Shown piece by piece: positions 52,660-64,000 of a stretch of 64,000 nucleotides of DNA. Position 1 is the stretch's first letter; every line of letters begins with the position of its first letter. A program made the translations under genes and the position numbers. Under the pieces are notes generated by a model. The model made no database searches, was not told the origin of the DNA, and saw only the letters and a list, made by a program, of their open reading frames with translations. Origin of the DNA: Octopus sinensis (Eukaryota); the NCBI RefSeq assembly GCF_006345805.1, contig NC_043001.1, forward strand, positions 75,702,001-75,766,000, written 5' to 3'.

Positions 52660-53580
52660 CAGGGTGCGATGAGTAAATTGGCGCCATTTTATATATTTTA
52701 ATTACGCGCATGCGCATTGTTTGTTTTAGATTTTGTTGACTTGAGTATAGTAGGGTAAGTTGGACACCGTCTGTGAGAAAACAGTACCATGACGCAATTC
52801 ACTTTGCCAGAAATTTGGAAACGACATGCTGTACTGCTTGGCATTCGTGTCGAAAGCTCCAATACGAACATTTCGAGTGTTTGGGTGTCAATCTGAGAAG
52901 AGTGCAGAGGATTCGGAAAGAGTTGGATGAGTCTAATGGCGATTACGAAGGTACAGCAGCTCGGAAAACTCACTCCGATTGTTCTGATAAGAAACGAACT
53001 CCTGAATTTGTTGGTGAGATCCAGGCCATGATTGACAACGATCTCTCCAAGTCAACCAGGTCCATTGCCAGAGACATGGGAGTCTCAGAGATACTTATCA
53101 GGCAGGTAGTGGATGAAGACATTCGGTATTCCTCATACAAAATTAGAAAGGGCCAATTTTTTTATCCCAAACCATCAAGGAAAACTGTGCTACGAAACCT
53201 TTGAACAAACCCAAGCATCCCCTCCAACCAAACATGCTTTGGTTTTTCCCAAACGAGAAAAGTTTCAGCCAGTATCAGATGGTGAACACAGAACAACCGT
53301 TGGCTGTCCCCAAAACATGTACCGAGAGTGATAAAAGTCAAGCCCCTGGTCAACATCATGGTGTTTGGAGTGATCCCTAGTAATGGCGACGTTATGCCTA
53401 CATTCATCTTCCAACACGGTCTCAAACTCAACACAGAGAGTGTTGCCCTGAGTCAAGATGGTGGCTGCTGGAAGAACCTATGTCTTGCAACAGGACTCTG
53501 CACCATGCCACACAAGCAAGAGAACCCAGTCGGGGGTTGTCAGACAATTTCTATGACCACATCACCCCTAACATCTAGCT
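52660..53580 (+). mobile_element. Tc1/mariner (maT/DD37D-like) transposon, 3'-truncated and frameshifted
   Basis: Starts CAGGGTG; KKRTPEFVGEIQAMIDND..RSIARDMGVSE (HTH), IMVFGVIPSNGDVMPTFIF, QQDSAPCH. Confidence 0.85.
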
Positions 53581-53640
53581 AGACTATATAATATACATTT
53601 AAACGGTCGTCTCTTATGTGTTTAAATGTATATATATATC

Positions 53641-53671
<31 letters not shown>

Positions 53672-54267
53672 ACTAGAAAATTTAGACAAATACGTATAAT
53701 TTGATTAGCGTATTTAAATACTGAGAAGAACACTGGCACAGTTTAGGCTAACAAAGATTAAATGATGTTTCAGTACCAGACTCGAACTTTCAGTCCTCAA
53801 TCCTCTCATTTATCAACACCAAATTATGCAGTATTCTTCGATCTCTTCTATTTGTACAACTGATTGGGTGGAGTCATTTCTCACCCACGTGTCTAAACTT
53901 AATAATGAATTCTGTCGTTACACATCACTGCGAGTTTGATCGCCACCGATACTTTGTATTTATAATAAGTCATCTGTTTGAGACCTGCTTTCTTAGAGAA
54001 TTTCTCAAGACTGGAAGTGTCTACAAAAAAAAAAACTCTAGTTTTCAACTCCTTGCTTTCACACTATGGTGGTCATTCGTAAAAGGAGTTTTCGAAGAAT
54101 ATATTTCTATATCTAACGACGTGTGTGTGTGTGTTTGCGTGCGTATATATGTAAAAGGTGTTAAGATTTAAGTATTGGGTTGTCAAAAATTCATTCGTTT
54201 ACTTTCTACTTGGCAATCAATATATTGTTAAATACCAAAAAGCAGGTAATATTAACCTTTCGCATTT

Positions 54268-54665
54268 AACTTGTTTTAGTCATTAGACCGCAGCGATGCT
54301 ACGGCACAGCCTTGAAGAAAGTTTAGTCGACTGAATCGCTCCCAGTACTTATTCTTTTTCTAAGCTTGCTACTTATTCTATCTGTCTTTCGCCGAACCGT
54401 TAAGTTACGGGGACATAAACTCACCAACATTACTTATTAAGCGGCGTTGGTAGGGGACGAACACAGACACAAAGACACACACACTCACACACATATATAT
54501 ATACAACGAGCATCTTTCAATTTCCGGCTGCCAAATCCACTCACAAAGTTTTGATCGGCCCGAGGTTATAGTACAAGACACTTGCTGGAGGTGTCATGCA
54601 GTGGGACCGAACCTGGAACCATGTGATTGGGAAGCAGGCTTTTTACCACACAGCCACGCTAGCGC
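54268..54665 (-). mobile_element. SINE family B, full length
   Basis: Colinear with 20469-20882. Confidence 0.88.
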
Positions 54666-54964
54666 TTTCCAAATTTCATAAACGATAAGCAAAAGTTGCA
54701 GAGAAAGAACAGAGGTAGAAAAGAAATATATTCAAGCGATGTTAGAAAGTATTAAAATAAATAATGGGTTGGGAGACGATTGAATTTATCTACGAACCCA
54801 ATATATTCGTAAACGCAGCAGATGTTCAAAAGTGGGCAAAAATCGCACACAGGATTCAAATCATACTATGTTGAATACTGTTCCACAGTTGAAACTATGA
54901 AACGAAAGAGACGTAACCGCCACCTGCTACAAATGAATTTAGCACAAGTACACAAATCACTAAA

Positions 54965-55105
54965 CTAGTGATTCCCAACCGGGGTTCATGTGGCCCTCTG
55001 GGATCCATAAAGGCCCTTGAGGTTCCATATGACCCTCGGGGTCCATATAAGATTTTGTTCTCAAAGTTTATGTACAATAAGTTGGTTTTACTTCTACAAT
55101 GCACA
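54965..55105. mobile_element. hAT-like MITE terminus
   Basis: ctagtgattcccaaccgggg resembles hAT CAGTGGTTCCCAAC ends; short ggtccata subrepeats. Confidence 0.45.
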
Positions 55106-55107
55106 AT

Positions 55108-55286
55108 AGGCGCAAGCGTGAATGAGTGGTAAGAAGCTTGCTTTCCAACCACATGGTTCAGGGTTCAGTCCCACAACGTGGAATCTTGCACGAGTGACTT
55201 CTACTATAGCCTGTGGCCGGTCATACCTTGGAAATAGATTTGGTACACGCAAACTGAAAGAAGCCCGTCGTATGTATATGTGTGTA

Positions 55287-55337
<51 letters not shown>

Positions 55338-55390
55338 GTGTGTGTGTGTTTGTCCCATCACCACCGCTTGACAATTGCTGGTAGTGTGAC
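55108..55390 (+). mobile_element. SINE family B, 5' half
   Basis: Family B head and core. Confidence 0.85.
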
Positions 55391-57489
55391 ACATACATAT
55401 GAGAACTCGAAATCAAACAGCAAAAAAAAAAAAAGAAATAGAAATTGAGGGGGGCCAGGTGTGGAATGAACCCATATCTCCATATCTACAAAATATTTCG
55501 ATTATTGTTCTTTAGCGATTTGTCAGGTTTTGTTGGTTTTTCCCAGTGAGGAATTCGATCGTAATATTTATTACGAAAATATTGTAGTTTTACAAAATTT
55601 ATAGCTTCTAGAACAGAGAATCAGTAAGAACCGATATTATATTGTGCTGTTTGAAGAAGTAATAGGTCAAGTGACACAAATGAACTCCAAAACATATTGA
55701 TCTGCCGCATGAAATATAATCTACATTAGGCATAAAATCTCTTTTTCGTTGTGAATAGTAGAAAAGGCAAGCGATATTAAGAGAATTTTTGATAGCATAT
55801 TTGATATATAGTTGTCAGTAATATCATAAATTTCCCTTGATATAAAAATCTATCCCAACAATGCCTATCGGCAGTTACGTAATGTTGGACGATTGAATGG
55901 GATTCCTGATTTCCATTTGAAATTGTTGCACAACAGAGACTTTCATTTAAGCAATCGTAGCAGACAGAGAAAGCCGACAAAATGTTGTTCGAGAGTTGCA
56001 TAAAACACGCAAATATACACGCACACACGAACACACACACACACACACACACACACCACACACACACACACACTAACACACACATACATACATACGTTCT
56101 CTCCGCCCCCGCTCTCTCTCCCCCTTCTTCCATCACAGTCACTCAATACAGACATTACAGGTGAAATAAAACAAATGTGAAATAAATATTTAATACGCCT
56201 TGCCTCAGTTGTAAGTTACAAGAGCTACTTAGATATATTGCATGCTCTTCTCCAGATGCTAATTAAAGTTATCACATTGTCAGAAACACTTCTGCAACTT
56301 CAACAGATGTCACAAACGCTTCACCCACTAATCTATGCCCTTCACCTAAGTGGAGCAAGAAAGAAAGAACTGAAATAGCCTTCGCCTAGAGAAGGGTTCC
56401 AACTACAGACTATTGTCCCACAGCCACCTTGAGCTGGTCTCAGAAAACATGTGTGTTTCACTAGTGGCTTTCATCGATTCTTTGAGTTTCAAACCAGTCT
56501 TCCACAAGAAATACCTTACCGATCTTGCTTAGAAACCTCAGCACCAGACTTCTGCAGAGTATAAGCTTGCATTTCATTTTTTGACAAGAGCCTCATCGAC
56601 TAAATCTCGGTATTAGGCTTAACTATGGAACGAAATCAAAGACCAACTCCGTGCTTCTAACATAATAAAACAATGATTTGAAGATTTATAAATTTATGCA
56701 ACAAAATATAAAGCTACAACATTTATAAACATAGAATTTCCACGGACCTTGCTAGTATTTATAATTATACATCATATCTGATTTATAATTCTCAGCATAA
56801 TGTTTTTGCAACAATATTTAAAGATTCTAATCTATGTATTACTGCATCATGATGATCAATTAATTCATCTAGATTCTGTTACTTGACCTATATTAATGCT
56901 TCTTCTACATTTGTTCAGGCTTGCTCAATCTGACCTGTGATCAAAGGACTACATTATTTATTTGTATTATTTCTTCAGCGACTCTAGAAACATAATCCAC
57001 AGATACACGAATCACCTAGATTGACCAAAGACATATCTGTATCTTTTACATATAATTGCACTGCGGACATGAATTTGTTTTTGATGAATACAAAACAGTA
57101 GTAAGTATATCAGTTGGCGAAGCAAAAAAAATACTCAACAATATTACATATTTATATAACAAAAAGCTCATAATAAAAGTGGTAACAGAAAAAAATTGTA
57201 CTCTTTGAAAAATGAATAAAGCTCAAATACTAAGATGAAAACCTAACACAAATACTTTCTCGTTCAAACCTACATTCGATATGAAACTGCAGATCTTAGC
57301 ATAAATCAGGAATCATTTTTCGCTTGAGCGAACGAGAAGAATATTATAAATCATTTCAGAAATATATAAGAAATATTTGGTTTTGTTAGGTTTCTGATGT
57401 AAGAATCGTTACCTAAAATAACAAAGCATAATTAGTAATATTAAAATCGAGTTTACTGTGTTCCACTGACATAGTCTTTACAGCTTGTT

Positions 57490-57790
57490 AAGAATTTCTT
57501 GGCAAGACCCCCATCACTGAGGAAAGGTCATGTAAAGGGCTTGACTGAATAACCTGCAAGATACCATCAACGTGAGACAGTAAAAATTACTCAGTTATGT
57601 GCTACGCATATCTAAGAAGAGACTTATGAACTACTATCCAAAGAGGAATCTGTTAAGAGGCGAGACAAAATTATCAAGGTCTGGTTGAAGAGTGTGGAAG
57701 AGGACTTGGTGGATATAAGCTTGATCTGGGAGCAGTCATACAGCAGGGCTTACAACCGTGCTGAGTGAATATCTCTCGTTACCTGATTTA
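57490..57790 (+). mobile_element. RTE-type LINE 3' coding remnant
   Basis: LLSYVLRISKKRL..WLKSVEEDLVDISLIWEQSYSRAYNRAE*ISLV resembles the RTE C-terminus. Confidence 0.6.
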
Positions 57791-58607
57791 GCGGGAGTAA
57801 ATAAGAGACAATCTGAATAATTGGCCACCCCAACGATAAATATCTAAATAATGACATTGCATTTTTAGCCATTGTAACAACAAACTGGCCAGTTAAAGTT
57901 TTTGGAGAAAAGAAAAGAAACCTTATTTTCCACGAGCTTGTAAATTCTGAAAACCCGAAGCTCCAAAACGAGAATTACAGGTTTCATGTAAAACTATTTA
58001 TTAATTGCTGACAGAAACATGAAGATCAAATGATGTTAAATAATTCTAAAATGCCATCAGTGTGATAAGAATATTAAAAAAATATAAATATATTTCATGT
58101 TTAGAACAGTAAATAACCAAAGCAAAAAAATTAATAATAAGGTAATGGAAGAAAAACTATTAGTTAAAGTGTTTGATTGGCAAATACGGGTGACAACTCT
58201 GAGAAAGTTTCACTCATGTTAGAAATTTTCAATAAATATCTAGCCATGTTCTGACTAGCAAAGAAACATTAATGGTCATACTGTTAAATAAATATACACA
58301 AATATCTGTATGTTGGTGTAGATAAAAGAAATGTTCGAAGATTCTTATTGGCGTCTGCATGATAAATAATAGATTAAATTTACTTTAGATATTTAGCGTT
58401 CCAAACATGAAATATGTTTGTATCCATTAAATACAAAATAATCTGTTGTTGAAATCTCCCAATAATTACATTGCATGATCATATACGTATATCAGACGAT
58501 ATCAGATCATTTTAACATAACCCTATTAAACTTGCATTAAAAGATGACAGCTACTTTCAAAATATATTCGCAGATTTATATATGTGAAATGCAACAGGCA
58601 GCATCTA

Positions 58608-58860
58608 GTGAAGACGCATGGCCTCGTGGTTAGGGTGTTATGCTCACAATCGCATGATAGTGGTGTCTACTCCCAGACCAGGCAGTATTGTGCTCTAGAA
58701 TAATACACTTTATATCACATTTCTTCAGCTGCAAATGAGTACTACCAATAGCTGTGAGGGACCGGTGTCCCATTTAGGACTAGGCTGTAATGTTATTTAC
58801 TTATATGCCAAAGAAACCGGGGTTAAATTCCGGCCTTATGAGTCCTAGATGTCATAAAAA
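58608..58860 (+). mobile_element. SINE family C
   Basis: gtgaagacgcatggcctcgtggttagggtgtt tRNA-like A-box head. Confidence 0.7.
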
Positions 58861-58999
58861 AACCCTAAGGGCTAAATAAGTAATGCCCAACGTCTAGACT
58901 AGAGTAAATCAATGTCTATCTTGTATGTATTTCCCAGCAGGCATTTTTATATTCAATTTCGCAAACATAAGTTGGGGTATAAAGCGATTTATATCATTT

Positions 59000-59275
59000 T
59001 GTCTTTGTTCAGTCATTAAACTGCGACCATGCTGGGGCACCGCCTTGACGAACTTGAAGAACTGATTGATCCCAGAACATTTATTTCTAACCTTGCTGCT
59101 TATTCTATCTTTCTCTTTTAAGTCATCTCTTCTAAGTTATGGGGACGTAAATGCAATAGCAATAAGTGTCAAGCTGTGGTAGGGAAAAAACAGCTACAAA
59201 AACAAACAAATCTAAAGACAAGGCTTTGGCCGGTCGAAGCTATAGTAGAAGACACTTGCGCTTAGATGCCACGCT
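59000..59275 (-). mobile_element. SINE family B (degenerate)
   Basis: ttcagtcattaaactgcgaccatgctggggcaccgcctt..gctatagtagaagacacttgc. Confidence 0.75.
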
Positions 59276-59907
59276 TGTATACAAGCCATAATATTTTTGC
59301 ATCATTTTAAGGTAGGTTACTTTCGTTTTCTTTTTAGTTCTCGAGTAGAAGAAACTTGATGGATGTGCTTATGAATAATTACTTTCAGAAATATATAGAT
59401 ACTTCTGAGCAGATTCATTTAAAGAGAGAAATGTTAAGAAACCTGCAAATCGTTCATTAATATACCAAAAGACTAAAAGAAAAGTATCGTCAAATCTCAT
59501 TAAATTTCGTTTCCATTATTGCCGGCCTCTTTTAACAGAAAGTAAAGAAATCAGATAGAAATTATATCCAATTTAGATATCCAGTGAAAACAACAAATTC
59601 AAAATTGTCTTGTTCTGTTCTTTACTCCAAGGAAAATAAAATTGATTTATTTCCATTTTAATGTATTTCTTTAGCAAAATAGAATGGAACGAGATGTGAA
59701 GTTCAAGAGATGAAATTAAACAGAGTAAATCATTTTCCATTATTTAAAGTAGAGAGTTGACCATAGCTGTCAACTCACCACTCCACAGTTACCCAATAAT
59801 AATTAATGGAAAAACTGTGTTAAGGTTCTAAAAAAATAAATACCAAATATTAAAACCTAGTTAAATATTTGTTCTACTTCAGGTCAGTGTTAATCTCTAT
59901 CATGTAT

Positions 59908-59950
<43 letters not shown>

Positions 59951-59951
59951 C

Positions 59952-60016
<65 letters not shown>

Positions 60017-60121
60017 ATCTGTATGTATGGATATATATATATATATAATATATATATATATATAATATATATATATATACATATACATACATATAGGTAT
60101 ATGTATGTATATATATATATA

Positions 60122-60170
<49 letters not shown>

Positions 60171-60731
60171 TGTATACATACAGATGTTTATGCATTCATA
60201 CATATGTGTGTGGGTGCGTGTGTTTGTGTGGGGGGGTGTATTGATTTAAAATGAGGAGGGACTAAATTTAGCTCGAATGCAAATTAGCAGCTGTCATGTT
60301 TGTTAATGTTTCGTTTGTGATTGGAAGCCGGTTGTACAGAAATAATCTTTCGGAAAAGAATCTCAAAGAAAGAAAAGAGAAGAAAAAGAACGAAAAATGA
60401 AGCACTTTTCACTATAGAAATAAAGAAGATAAAGCTATATGGAAGTGAACTACTAATAAAACACATCCAAAAATAGACAATACTTTCAATAGTAGGCTAA
60501 TTTTAATTATCAGAATTTAATTTTGACCTGTTGACGTCCTCTGAATTTTAAAAGAGGCATTTTTATGGATCTGGTTGTATCAATATACGGATTAAGATTC
60601 AGGTTTTGTATCTTGTTTTCAATGTTATTAGAAAAGCAATGTTCAAAACCTGAGGAGAAAAGCTGAACGGTGGCTTCTAGCAGTTCCATTTACATGCAAT
60701 GCAAAATATCACTGACCTCCTCTCAAATACA

Positions 60732-60970
60732 GTGAAGGTGTATGGCCTAGTGGTTAGGGTGTTGTACTCATCATCGATCATATAACCGTGGGTGGAGAGG
60801 TGCGTTGAGTTCTTGAGAAAACACTCCATTTCATGTTACACCAGTCCACCCAGCTGTAAATGAATAACCATCTACGAACTGATATCCTATTCAAAGGGAG
60901 ATTTGCGGTGTTAGTCACTTATGGGTCACAGAAACAGAATAACTATCCCTATGACTCCTAGAACTAAAAA
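60732..60970 (+). mobile_element. SINE family C
   Basis: gtgaaggtgtatggcctagtggttagggtgttgtactca head. Confidence 0.7.
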
Positions 60971-61036
60971 ACATTACATATTTTGACCTCAAATCGATAA
61001 ACGTAAAAGCTTTATAACAATGTATGTATGTGTATA

Positions 61037-61083
<47 letters not shown>

Positions 61084-61178
61084 CGTAAATGTACTCGTTC
61101 AGAGATTTATTAATGCTATATATATATATATATATATATCTTTCTATCTATCTGTCTGTCTGTCTGTCTGTCAGTCTG

Positions 61179-61217
<39 letters not shown>

Positions 61218-61612
61218 ATCTATCTATCTGGCATTTCGTCTCTATCCAACCACCGTGCAGAACGTTTGCCATTGTTGAAAAGAATCCATTTTTCATCACA
61301 CGTAACAATACGATGCAAAAATGGCTCGCTTTTATCCGAGGCATTTTGTCTGATGTGCCACAATTCTTAAAGTAATGTCACGGAATTTTTCCGACTTGTA
61401 ATATTCTGATCTAAGACATAGTAATACTTATTTTGAAAACAAGTACTAGGTAATAAATACTTTGGGAGAGGGTTTAATCAAAGCAACCGCCAAAACTAAA
61501 ACTTGATTTCAGTGGAATTTGAGAGCAGAGCATAAAGGATTGCGACTCATTGTCGACACTTAACTGAATGTACCAATCCTTTGTCTTCGAATCTAAAAAT
61601 GTTCATAACTAT

Positions 61613-62030
61613 GGTGCAGGCGTAGCTGTGTGTTTAAGAAAATCACTTTGAAACCACATAGTTTCGGATTCGGTTCCATTTCCTGGCAACTTGAGCAAGT
61701 GTCTTCTACTCTAGTCCCGGATCAACCGATGTCTTCTGAGTGAGTTTCGTAGACAGAAATTGTATGGAAAAAATGTCATCTGTGTGTAGAGGAGGAGTTA
61801 TCTTTGTGTTGTTGTTGCTCCTGATTATATATGCATTTTTTTTATTTGTGGGTTAACCAGGCTACCATTGGTTTCATGTTAAGTGAGGGATGTCTCTTAA
61901 CAACCCCGATAGAATAAGCACCAGACACTGAAAATAAGTATTTGTATCAATTTCTTCGACTAAACACCTCAAAGCAGTGTTCCATCATGGCCGAACTCCA
62001 ATGACAGATGCTAATAAAAGATTAAAGATA
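61613..62030 (+). mobile_element. SINE family B (degenerate, full length)
   Basis: ggtgcaggcgtagctgtgtg..gagcaagtgtcttctact..ccgatagaataagcaccag. Confidence 0.8.
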
Positions 62031-62913
62031 AATGTTATAATGATGGCACAAAATCAAAAGACTGATGGTAGAAAATAGTCGATTAAATCAATACTAGTAT
62101 CTTAAAAGATAAAAATTGACCTCAGCGGAACTTGAACTCAAAACATAAAGGACTGTAGCTAAATAGTACTGCATGACTGCATGAGAATTTATCCTATACA
62201 AGAGATTCTGAAAGTCCCCACGTTCACGACTGTGATAATACTCAGAGAAATATCATAAAATGAGAACTGAAAAAAATTCTAAAGTAAGAAAGCGAAGACG
62301 AAAAAATGGCGTCTTTGTTTGAGTGAGAAAATAAGATTGTAATGGCAAATGAAGATATCAGAAATTGTTCAAAAACAGCAAAGCTATTTTAGTAGACAAA
62401 TTAGAAGGCAGAGTTGAAACTCTTCAAATGACTTTCATTGATCGTAGATAATTATCAGTTGTAGAAGTCTTTTATTTTTACTGCTGCGAAGAAAAACTTT
62501 CGACATTGCAGAAAAACGCTTAGGTTTGTTGTACATCAAGATCAGTCATCCAGTCTATTCACGAATAACGTTGTGAACCAAATATAACTGCTGCAATTCC
62601 GATGTCATTCAACAGAAAATATTAATGATAGGTTTTGTGTTTCCTGAGGAAATTTGCGAAATATTTAAATCGTTTTCTTGGGTATAATTTTCGAAGAAAA
62701 GAACCAAGCTGAGTTCAGGAAATTGTATGAAATTCATCGTTGTATTACATAAAGTAAATGACTTCATTATATCAAAGACATTGCTGTATACTTATAGCTA
62801 TATGATGTCTAGCTGTCAATCTATTTGTCGATGAAAAACGCTATTTCTATCAAAATGTTTTTAGGTATTGTGTCATAAATATTTCAAAACCACTTATATA
62901 TGTGTATGTGCTG

Positions 62914-62956
<43 letters not shown>

Positions 62957-63066
62957 AAAGCGTAAACGTCGATATTTTTCTTCTCATCGCTATATTTCAA
63001 TGTATTACATGCGTGTGGGCATATATGTATACACACACACACACACCACACACACACACACATATA

Positions 63067-63122
<56 letters not shown>

Positions 63123-63399
63123 TAAACCGCTAGTCACATGGCATGTATGAGTTTTATGTGAACCCGTCTGCTTTTTCGTTTTTGTTTCTTATATATGTTA
63201 AGATTAAAATAAACAGCGATACACAATTGATTCCATCGCTTTTTGGTTCGGTCTCATCATTATTTGACCCTTGTTCGACGTGAGTCAAATTATTAATTAT
63301 TTATTGAAGGTGTCCCGTAAGAGTGAACCTATAGTTGAACGTCATTGTTAAATTCTTCAATATTTAGCTGCTGTTTGTTTTTAATATATTTTGTTTGAT

Positions 63400-63710
63400 T
63401 CCCCATTTATGGGTGAAGGAGGGCAAAAGGGAAGTATGGAGAGTAAAGCAGTTCCAGCCGGTAGCTATACTTCAGCCACTGGAAGAAGTTTGACGGCTGG
63501 CGTGTTACAGGTTCGAGAGATAAAGATGGACCAGAGAAAGTTGAAGGAGTTCAACCGACTCATAGAAAAAGATGGAACCTGTCTAAAGTTCTCATTGTTA
63601 TAATCCATCCTTCATTCGTTCGTTCTGTGTTTTATGTCTCCACTGTGGTGTGCTGTCTGTCCTTGTACTGTCCCTTCTATGTATGAGCCTGAGTACTTAA
63701 TAAAAGAAAT
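63400..63710 (+). mobile_element. 3' end of an L1/Tx1-like LINE sharing its tail with SINE family A
   Basis: Ends gtctgtccttgtactgtcccttctatgtatgagcc..taataaaagaaat, like the SINE tails at 10700-10752 and 25384-25438; the upstream part is purine-rich and coding-like. Confidence 0.5.
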
Positions 63711-64000
63711 CACGCAATTGATTCTATAGCTACAGGATCACGGTTGATGTTATTGCCTCTTCTCATACGTCCTGCTGATAGAAATTCGCAGTTTTCAGCT
63801 ATTTGATCCTTGTTCTTATACCTGTGCTTATGAAATAAACAAATTACAAAACTTGATATATATAATCATTAGCAAATATTACTGTATGCATATGCGTCAC
63901 CTAGATAGCTTTCCCAAGATGCTAGCCCACGGTAAATGGGCGTATAAACAAAATACATACACACACACACACACACACACATACACACACATATATATAT

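Noticed and set aside
60298-60410. Possible terminal exon AVMFVNVSFVIGSRLY..KKNEK*
   Set aside because: Weak acceptor context, low-complexity purine tract and no homology.

Overview
AT-rich eukaryotic DNA, saturated with microsatellites and transposable elements. The SINE families and the (TA)/(TG)/(TAGA)/(TTA) load resemble octopod cephalopod intronic or intergenic sequence (inference). No intact host gene is supported, and nearly all listed ORFs are microsatellite translations. Recognisable elements: a near-complete frameshifted Neptune-type Penelope-like element (PLE; RT + GIY-YIG), several other PLE fragments, three R4/Dong-type LINE remnants, RTE and L1/Tx1 3' ends, an ORF1-only retroelement with a 15-bp TSD, two Tc1/mariner remnants, a MULE with a nested non-autonomous Helitron, a probable Chapaev3-like remnant, three tRNA-derived SINE families and an 11-unit ~161-bp tandem array inside a large foldback. 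The most notable hidden signal is about ten type-I hammerhead-ribozyme-like motifs. Most sit in short non-coding, microsatellite-associated elements, several of which form hairpins. They include a 545-bp terminally redundant monomer with an apparently perfect 175-bp inverted copy, and a three-copy family with covarying stems. Coordinates were read by eye; boundaries of degenerate elements are approximate.
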